Source: Abditibacteriaceae bacterium (GTDB taxonomy: Bacteria > Armatimonadota > Abditibacteriia > Abditibacteriales > Abditibacteriaceae). Taken from it: a DNA stretch of 29,829 nt. A program made the position numbers and the translations under genes. A model generated the notes under the pieces. That model saw only the letters and a list, made by a program, of their open reading frames with translations, was not told where the DNA came from and did not search any database. This document shows, in pieces, positions 16,383-23,607 of the stretch (its first letter is position 1; each line of letters begins with the position of its first letter). The stretch is from assembly GCA_031425655.1 (NCBI GenBank), contig JANPJS010000075.1, positions 1 to 29,829 on the forward strand, in the 5' to 3' direction.

Positions 16383-18601
16383 GGTTCAAACTTCAACGGA
16401 ATTTGCAAGTTCACCGTGCTGCCAGTGCCTTCGTCGGCGGCGCAATACAGCGCGATGGGCACGCCGTTTTCAATCAGCAGTTGCGGGCGTTCGAGCAGAT
16501 TCATTTTCTGCGTGCGCCCGTCTTGCCATTTCACTTCAAGATTGCTGACTAAGGCGTGCGGGGCCACGTCCCACTTTAGGCCATCGGCGGATTCAAAAAG
16601 CGCCAGCGACTTGCCCGCATTGGTGAAATGTCCCGCAAAATCTTTCACAATGGCGAAGTAGCGCCCGTTTTGCACCCAAACGTAAGGGTCTTCGGCGGCG
16701 AAATGCACGCCCTCTTTCACAAACACGGGTTTCACTTCTTTTTTAAACGGCCCGATTGGATTGTCGGAAGTTGCCACGCAGTGCAAAACCGGGCCGCCAA
16801 AGGGCAGCGGTTTTTTGTCGGCGACGGCTTTGTAAACCATCAAATAACCGCCGCCGGGCCGCGCCACCACGCTGGGATTCGCCAGACAAAGCGCGTCGTA
16901 AAAACCGGGCGTCGGCGCGATAACGGGCTTGTCGAAACGCGTCCACGGGCCTTCGGGTTTATCGGCCACCGCCACGCCGACGCGCTGATTATTGCGGTGC
17001 GTCCAGTTCAGGCCTTTGGTGTTCTCGCCGTCGCCGGTGTTGCCCATGTAATACAAATAATACTTGCCGCCGAACTTTTGCACTGTCGGATTGTGCGTGC
17101 AAAGCCCATCCCAAAACTCTTTGCCGCGCGGCGAAAGCGTCACATCGGCGTGTTTATACGGCCCAAACGGGCTGTCGCTGACGGCGCGGGCCACTTCGGA
17201 GTGCGTCACCCACGCCTGAAAGCCGAATTTCTTCGGCCAGCGCGAATAAAACAGGTGATATTTGCCGTCGTCGCCTTTAATTGGGCTGCCGCACCAGATG
17301 AAATAGTCTGGGTCGGCAAAGCGTGCCGTTGTTGGCAAAGGTTGAATCGCCTTTTGAAAATTCATGTCTGTGGCCGCACTTTTTGGCGCTTCGTTGAGTT
17401 GATAAACGCGCACATAATCCACATCCATCGAAGTGCCGTCTATTTTATCGGTGACTTCGCCCGCCCATGTCATGATGGCGCTGCTCAGCCACACCGGCGC
17501 GGCGCGGTGGCACCATTCGTTGGGTTCGCGGCGAATCTCCTGGCCGTCGAAATACCAAATCAATTCTTTTTCGTTCCACAGCAAACTGTAGGTGTGAAAT
17601 TCGCGGCTTAAATCCATGCCGCGCCCGCTGGCTTTGGCGATGTCGGCCCACTGCGCGCCGTCCCAATATTGCAACGTAAAATCGCCGACCACGCCGACGC
17701 GCTTGCTTCCATCTTGCCAGCCGCTCAGCAGTTGGATACAGCCGATATTTTGCTTTTGCGGCCATTCCAGCGTCAGCGTTTGCGGGCCGGGCTTGTTTTC
17801 GGCGACCCAGCGCGAATCATTGCCGGTTACACCATCTACCGCATTGGCCACACCATATTTTTCTTCGAGTGCCGCCGAGACGCTGGCCTTAGACCGCAAC
17901 GCCAGGTTCGGCACTCCGGCAAGTTCAGCCGCCGGTTTATCGTTTTGGGGCGCGGGAGGAAAACCGGCGGCGCTGGGCGCAAAAACGCGCAAATCGGCCA
18001 CGCTAAAGCGACCTTTATCGCGCACCACGAGGCGCAATTTATCGGTGTTTAGCGGCGTTTCTAACGTGAAATTGTGCGAAGGCTGCGTTCCCATGCGAAA
18101 AGCGCGGCTTTTGGCAATGTGCTCGCCGCTCCAACGATGAATATTGGTGCTGACTTCGCCCGGAAAATGGCCCTCGTTGATGTCAATTTCAAACTGCCCC
18201 GGCGTGCCTTTGGCTTCTTGCGTCATCAGCCAAAACGAGTTGTTCAGGCCGGTCGCGGCGCCGAATTTATAGCGCGCTTCAAAGTAGCCATATTGAAACT
18301 TGCGTTTTGTCCAAATATTGCCCGAAGTCCACTCCTGGCCGCCGCGTTTTTCTTTTTTGTTGAGCAAACGCAGCAGTCCATTTGCCACCACGGCGTTTTC
18401 GCGCCAACGGCTGCACAAAATATGACCGCTCGGCCCGTTTTGCGAAATCCACTCGGTATCGAGATCGGCGTTTACTCCGTCGAATTCGTCGCTGAACGTC
18501 AGTCTCCAGTCGCCGACAAGCGGCACGCGCGGGGCCGGATTCGGCGCGGCGAAAGCGGGCGCGTTCAGCAGCACAGCAAAAGTCAAAGTCAGTGGTTTCA
18601 T
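16379..18601 (-). CDS. Multidomain glycosidase: GH16 with inserted discoidin/CBM32-like module, plus GH43/GH117-like five-bladed beta-propeller
   Basis: WRLTFSDEFDG, FQYGYFEAR, FEIDINE (ExDxxE), FHTYSLLW, MDVDYVRVYQ; then DYFIWCGS, YHLFYSRWP, HNPTV, AEDPYVW, LERPQLL. Confidence 0.88.
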   Translation of the reverse strand: MKPLTLTFAVLLNAPAFAAPNPAPRVPLVGDWRLTFSDEFDGVNADLDTEWISQNGPSGHILCSRWRENAVVANGLLRLLNKKEKRGGQEWTSGNIWTKRKFQYGYFEARYKFGAATGLNNSFWLMTQEAKGTPGQFEIDINEGHFPGEVSTNIHRWSGEHIAKSRAFRMGTQPSHNFTLETPLNTDKLRLVVRDKGRFSVADLRVFAPSAAGFPPAPQNDKPAAELAGVPNLALRSKASVSAALEEKYGVANAVDGVTGNDSRWVAENKPGPQTLTLEWPQKQNIGCIQLLSGWQDGSKRVGVVGDFTLQYWDGAQWADIAKASGRGMDLSREFHTYSLLWNEKELIWYFDGQEIRREPNEWCHRAAPVWLSSAIMTWAGEVTDKIDGTSMDVDYVRVYQLNEAPKSAATDMNFQKAIQPLPTTARFADPDYFIWCGSPIKGDDGKYHLFYSRWPKKFGFQAWVTHSEVARAVSDSPFGPYKHADVTLSPRGKEFWDGLCTHNPTVQKFGGKYYLYYMGNTGDGENTKGLNWTHRNNQRVGVAVADKPEGPWTRFDKPVIAPTPGFYDALCLANPSVVARPGGGYLMVYKAVADKKPLPFGGPVLHCVATSDNPIGPFKKEVKPVFVKEGVHFAAEDPYVWVQNGRYFAIVKDFAGHFTNAGKSLALFESADGLKWDVAPHALVSNLEVKWQDGRTQKMNLLERPQLLIENGVPIALYCAADEGTGSTVNLQIPLKFEP

Positions 18602-18639
18602 GGTTTCGGGCGCGGCGAAAAAGCAAAATTCTCATCGGT

Positions 18640-19581
18640 TCAAGGCTGATTTAAGTTCAATTGGGCTTGCATTTTTTCGTCGCTGAGTTCGGCTACAGCG
18701 TTGCCGTCCCAGCTTTGGCGCGCAGCGGCGCCCACGAAAAGCCGCCAAGTTGCGCCCGAAGGCACCAAATGCGGCGTGACGTGCCCAAAATGGTCGAAAG
18801 AAGTGCCCGAAAGCGAAGTTAGCAGGCCGCCATCCTGCCACGCGAGGCCGTCGGTGCTGCGCGCGAAACGGGTGCCTTTGTGACCTTCGTATAGCAGCAC
18901 ATAACCGCCGCCAATGCGCGCCACATCCACCGCGCCCGCGCCTTTTTGAAACACCGGATTGGCCGCATGGCGCGTCCAGCGCACGCCATCCGTTGAAGTG
19001 GCATAACCCACGGCGCGGCCACCTTCCAGCCTGGCGGCGGGCGTGTCCTGCTCGGTTGGTTTGCCGTCGAACCACATTTTGAAAACGCCGTTTTCGTGAA
19101 TCACCGAGGGGCGGCCTACCCAGCGCGAATCCCACTGGCCCGCCGCGCCCGGCGCCAAAACCACGCCGCGCGACTGCCATTGGCGACCATCCGGCGAAAC
19201 CGCCAGCGCAATCGCGTCTTCGATGCCCTGCTGCGCCACCGTGTAAAACATGAAAAAGCGGTCGCCCACTTTCACCACCGACGGGTCGTTGACGTGGTTG
19301 GCCGTGCCGCAATCCAGAGCCACACCGAGTTTCGTCCACGTCGCGCCCGCATCAACTGATTCGGCATAGTGAATGCGGTCGTGCCCGTCCTGACCTTGCG
19401 CGCCATACCACAGGCGCCATTTGTCCTTTTCGACAACGATGCACGGCGCGTAACAGTTGCCCTCGCCGTGCGGCGCCAATTCGGTTTTTTGCTCGCCGCG
19501 CAACACCACGCGCAGTTCAGGCGCGGCCAAACACGGCGTAGCCGCCAAAAGCAAAATAAACGCGCTATGCAGATTTTTCAT
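18640..19581 (-). CDS. Exported five-bladed beta-propeller glycosidase (GH32/43/130-like)
   Basis: Repeated blades CYAPCIV..WRLWY, VNDPSVV..FFMFY, VGRPSVI..FKMWF, with Asp-box-like SxDGxxW motifs. Confidence 0.8.
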   Translation of the reverse strand: MKNLHSAFILLLAATPCLAAPELRVVLRGEQKTELAPHGEGNCYAPCIVVEKDKWRLWYGAQGQDGHDRIHYAESVDAGATWTKLGVALDCGTANHVNDPSVVKVGDRFFMFYTVAQQGIEDAIALAVSPDGRQWQSRGVVLAPGAAGQWDSRWVGRPSVIHENGVFKMWFDGKPTEQDTPAARLEGGRAVGYATSTDGVRWTRHAANPVFQKGAGAVDVARIGGGYVLLYEGHKGTRFARSTDGLAWQDGGLLTSLSGTSFDHFGHVTPHLVPSGATWRLFVGAAARQSWDGNAVAELSDEKMQAQLNLNQP

Positions 19582-20756
19582 GGTTTTTTCAGCGAAAACG
19601 CGACGTTAAACGAAATTCGCCCCTGCGGCTGATAGCCGTCGGTGGCGCCGAAAAACGCGACGGGCACTTGGTTTTCAATCAGCAGCGCCGGGCGTTCGAT
19701 ATTTTTCGGGCTTTGCGCGCCGTCTTGCCACGCGAATGTGCCGCCCAGCACCTTCGGATTTTTCGCCGCTTCCCAACGCAAACCGTCCGCCGATTGAAAC
19801 AGCGCGATGCCCGCTTTGGCGCCGGTAAACAGCCCGACTACGTCGCGCGCAACTGCGTAGTAGCGGTTGCCGTATTTTTTGCTGAACCAAATAAACGGGT
19901 CTTCGGCCAGCATCCAGTGTTTGCTGGTGTCGCCTTCGGCCTCGAAGATGCGGCCCGGCATTTTGACATACGGCCCTTCGGGACGCTCGGCGATAGCGGC
20001 GCCGTAGCGCACTTTGCCGCCCATTTCTTTGCCCTCTGCGTATTCCACCGCTTTGTAAATCAGCAGAATCTTGCCGTCGGGCCGCACGCACGCCGCCGGG
20101 TTGGTGGTGCAAAGCGAATCGAACGCCGTTTTATCGGGCGAAACATCCACAATCGGCTTGTCGAAGCGCGTCCACGGCCCTTCAGGTTTTTCGGACACCG
20201 CCATGCCCACACGCTGATGGTTGCGATGCACCGCATAGCGCCCGTTGCCGTAGTTGCCGGTGTAAATCAAGTAATACTGGCCGTCTTTTTGAAACACGTT
20301 CGGGTTGTGCGTCACCGAGCCGTCCCAAAACTTGCGTCCGCGCGCGGACAGCGCCACGTTGACGTGCCGAAACGGGCCAAACGGCGAATCGGAAACGGCG
20401 TAAGCGATTTCCGAATGAATGGCCCAGCCCGGCGCGAAGCCGACTTTCACCGGCCAGCGCGAGTAAAACAGGTGATATTTGTCGTCCGCGCCTTTGGTCG
20501 GCGCGCCGCACCACACGAAGTAATCGTCCACCGCAAATTTCTGCTGCGGCGTCGGCGCCTGAATCATCGCGCCAAGGTTCAATTCGTTGTCCATCGTTTC
20601 CGCCGCGTGCGCCGCGTCGAACTGCCCGTCGCCAATCGGTGCTTTTTCGGGCCAGAGCGTCAGTTTTTCCGGCGCGGCGGCGATCATTGAGGCGCAGGTG
20701 CCCAGTGCGAGCAGGGCGGTGGTTACGGCTGAGGTTTTTCTCGTCGTGGATTTCAC
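19578..20756 (-). CDS. GH43/GH117-like five-bladed beta-propeller glycosidase
   Basis: DYFVWCGA, YHLFYSRWP, HSEIAYAVS, THNPNV, TNPA, AEDPFIW, IERPALL; GTG start overlapping the upstream TGA. Confidence 0.85.
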   Translation of the reverse strand: MKSTTRKTSAVTTALLALGTCASMIAAAPEKLTLWPEKAPIGDGQFDAAHAAETMDNELNLGAMIQAPTPQQKFAVDDYFVWCGAPTKGADDKYHLFYSRWPVKVGFAPGWAIHSEIAYAVSDSPFGPFRHVNVALSARGRKFWDGSVTHNPNVFQKDGQYYLIYTGNYGNGRYAVHRNHQRVGMAVSEKPEGPWTRFDKPIVDVSPDKTAFDSLCTTNPAACVRPDGKILLIYKAVEYAEGKEMGGKVRYGAAIAERPEGPYVKMPGRIFEAEGDTSKHWMLAEDPFIWFSKKYGNRYYAVARDVVGLFTGAKAGIALFQSADGLRWEAAKNPKVLGGTFAWQDGAQSPKNIERPALLIENQVPVAFFGATDGYQPQGRISFNVAFSLKKP

Positions 20757-22534
20757 TTTGCCTTCAGTTCAAACCAGCGCAGCGCAATGCCGCGTTTGTG
20801 GTTTTCGGCGTTGATGCTGATTGGGGTTTGCACGCGGATGGTTTGCTTGCCTTGTTCGAGTTGCAGCTCCACAGGCGCGGTTTCCTGCCACAAGCCAAAG
20901 GCCAGCGGAATCGGCACGGTGGCGATGACTTTGCCGCCCGCGCACACCTCCAGAAGCTGCTCGTCGTTGACGCATGCCGCTTGCATAACTATTCGATAGG
21001 TGCCCGCTTTGGGCACTTCGATGCTGTAATCGGCCCATTGCTCCTTCATCTGCTGCTGAAAATACACCTGCTGGCCTCCGCCGACGGAGTCATGCACCAG
21101 CACGTTGGGAATCTGGCCGCCCCACGAAATCTTGCCGCCGGTTTTGACGAAGGCGGCGGCTTCGACGTGAATCACGCCGCTTTTGGCTTTAATTACGTCG
21201 GCAGCTTTGCTTTTGGCAATTGTCGTCGCGCTGCCCTGCCCGATTTGCGCCGTTTTCACGCCGGGATCGGCTTCGGCTTCGTCGGCTTTGTGCGAAGCGG
21301 TGAGGTCGGTTTTAACTGCGACGATGGAATCGTTAATTTTTCGGGCTACGGTCAGCACGGCGGCGGATTTTTCGGGCGTCAGTGCGCCACTCAGCCAGCG
21401 CAAATGCTCGACCTGCGAAAACTTTGCGGCGTCGGCGCGTTTTTCAAGGCCCGCCATAAAATCGGGGCCTTTGAGGGTTTCGCCGAGCGTTTCCTGAATC
21501 GTGGACTTGTCCCAACCGGCACCGTAGGCCACTTTCCACGCGCTGCCGGGCTGCGGCTGCGACATCGGGTTCGCGGCCTTGTAGGCCACGCAGGCGTGCG
21601 CCGGTTGCCCGACGCCGATGGCGGGAATGCCGAACGCATGATTCACCATCACCGACCACGACGAACGCGGGCCGCACTTGCCACCGCCCGCCAGCACGTT
21701 TTTGAAGTTTTGGTAGCCGCCGTTGGGGTAAAAAATCGCGGGCGCGCTGCGTCGCCACACAAAGCTGGTGGAATTGACCACCGCTTCGTCGGCGCGCAAA
21801 TCGGGCCGGAAGCTGTTGACCATGCTACGAGCCCAGGTTAAATCAGCGTCCGAGGCGCCCGAACAAAGAATCTTGCTGTATTCCCACACCGTGAGCTTGT
21901 CGAAGCTGGGAAAAAGCTCCTTGTTTTGGTGCGCTGTCTTGTAATACAAATAGCGCGTCACCGGCTCGGCGGGCGTGGCCGCCGAACCTGCGCCTATGTT
22001 CACGCTACCGGGCGGGCGCAGCGCCGTGGCGATAGCCATTTTTTGATAAATGCCGCTTTTGGCATCCGGGTCGGCCTTGAGAATCTTGTTCCAAATCTCC
22101 AGCGAAGCCGTGTTCAGTGTGTAGCTGTTCTTTTCGCGCGCCGCGAGGCCCAGCGGCACCGCACCTTCGAGATAAAGCTCCATCGCGGCGGTGTCGCGCA
22201 ATAGCCACGTCAAAAACGTGCGATTGCTTTCTCCCGCGTTGGCAAACACGCCCAGCGGCTCTGCGCCGGTTTTGGCGATAAGCTGGCGCTGATTCAGCGT
22301 GTTGCGAAAAACCGGATCGCTTATCAATTTAGCCAGCACGGCTTCGTTGGCCTTGCCCGCTTGTGGCGACGGTGTTTTGGCATCGAGCCACACGCTGGCG
22401 CTCGCCAAATAGCCTTTGAAATCGCCATTTTTAATGGCGCTGTCCAATTCGGTGCCGCTCGGTTCCCACGCGCGGGCCGCCAAGCTCAGGTTCAGCAATG
22501 CGCCGAGGACGAACAATTTGCAAAAAGTTTTCAT
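20753..22534 (-). CDS. Exported hypothetical protein with Cys/His motif and C-terminal CBM6/35-like module
   Basis: Signal peptide MKTFCKLFVLGALL..ARA; GGKCGPR...AFGIPAIGVGQPAHA; tail IHVEAAAF...WADYSIEVPKAGTYRI...LEQGKQTIRV...LRWFELK. An alternative GTG start lies at 22552. Confidence 0.72.
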   Translation of the reverse strand: MKTFCKLFVLGALLNLSLAARAWEPSGTELDSAIKNGDFKGYLASASVWLDAKTPSPQAGKANEAVLAKLISDPVFRNTLNQRQLIAKTGAEPLGVFANAGESNRTFLTWLLRDTAAMELYLEGAVPLGLAAREKNSYTLNTASLEIWNKILKADPDAKSGIYQKMAIATALRPPGSVNIGAGSAATPAEPVTRYLYYKTAHQNKELFPSFDKLTVWEYSKILCSGASDADLTWARSMVNSFRPDLRADEAVVNSTSFVWRRSAPAIFYPNGGYQNFKNVLAGGGKCGPRSSWSVMVNHAFGIPAIGVGQPAHACVAYKAANPMSQPQPGSAWKVAYGAGWDKSTIQETLGETLKGPDFMAGLEKRADAAKFSQVEHLRWLSGALTPEKSAAVLTVARKINDSIVAVKTDLTASHKADEAEADPGVKTAQIGQGSATTIAKSKAADVIKAKSGVIHVEAAAFVKTGGKISWGGQIPNVLVHDSVGGGQQVYFQQQMKEQWADYSIEVPKAGTYRIVMQAACVNDEQLLEVCAGGKVIATVPIPLAFGLWQETAPVELQLEQGKQTIRVQTPISINAENHKRGIALRWFELKAK

Positions 22535-22548
22535 GGTTGCGTTTAACC

Positions 22549-23607
22549 TCACCGTTTGTTGCCCAGCAAGTCCAGCATGGTTTCCGCGAAGGCTTTGCCC
22601 AGCAAAATAAAAAACCGGCCCTCGCCGTAGTAGTGATAGCCCTGACTGGACGTGGCGCGTTTGAGCATAGTGTCCTCGTCGGGCGTGAGCGGCTGCTTTT
22701 TTAAGTCGCGCTCGGTGTTGAGCCAGCCAACGGTTTTGAGTGCCACGATGTCGGGATGGAGCAGCGGCGCGCTTTCGATGGCTTTGACGTTGCCCGCAAA
22801 CTCCGCGACGGTGTTGACCGAGCGCTGCGCGTCGCGAATCTCCTTTTGCTTGCCGACTTCGTTTTTCACGCCGTTGACGCCCATCACGCCGACCACGACT
22901 TTCATCTGCGGCGCTTTGAATTCGGCGCGCAAATCCTTGATGAGATGCACCAAGTTTTGCCCGTATTCCTTGCGCGCGTTTTCATCGAACTGATCGTTGT
23001 AGCCCTGAAACCACACGAAGCCCGCCACCTCGTAGCCGTCCTTTTCGTTGTAGGCCGGAAAATGCTTTTTGAGGTTGTCCAGCGTCTGGTGGGCATAGCC
23101 GGTCAGCACGCGATATTGCGCGCCGATGTCTTCGGGCTTCATGCCCTTGATTTCCGGCTTCCCGGAGCTGGGCGGGCGAAAATTGGCATACAAACTCTGG
23201 CCGCCGGGGCCGTATTTGATGAGCAAAACCTGCTCGTCCAGCGCTTCGCCCATGTAATAGCCAAAGGCATATTCCGGGCCGATGCAACTTCCCAGTTTGT
23301 CGTAGTTTTTGCGCCCGCCAAAGCCCGGTTGCAGCTTGTCGTAGACACCGGCGTTGGCCACCCAAACGTCGTCGCGTGTTACCAACTTGCCATCGAGCTT
23401 AAAGGTTTTCAGCAGCGCGGCACGGGCCGGGTCTTTGTCCTCGCCGAGAAAATCAATCGTCGAAACATTCGCCTGCCCGTCCATGTTCGACTGCCCGGCG
23501 AGAATGAAAACTTTTAGTGGTTTGGCGTGCGCGGACGTGGTGAGGCAGAGCGCCAGCAGTCCGGCGGCGGCGGCGGAAATTTTGAGGGGCATGATTTTGT
23601 CTTTCAT
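22549..23607 (-). CDS. SGNH sialate O-acetylesterase (SASA/CE6)-like carbohydrate esterase
   Basis: KVFILAGQSNM, GPEYAFG, GFVWFQGYND, GYHY. Confidence 0.9.
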   Translation of the reverse strand: MKDKIMPLKISAAAAGLLALCLTTSAHAKPLKVFILAGQSNMDGQANVSTIDFLGEDKDPARAALLKTFKLDGKLVTRDDVWVANAGVYDKLQPGFGGRKNYDKLGSCIGPEYAFGYYMGEALDEQVLLIKYGPGGQSLYANFRPPSSGKPEIKGMKPEDIGAQYRVLTGYAHQTLDNLKKHFPAYNEKDGYEVAGFVWFQGYNDQFDENARKEYGQNLVHLIKDLRAEFKAPQMKVVVGVMGVNGVKNEVGKQKEIRDAQRSVNTVAEFAGNVKAIESAPLLHPDIVALKTVGWLNTERDLKKQPLTPDEDTMLKRATSSQGYHYYGEGRFFILLGKAFAETMLDLLGNKR

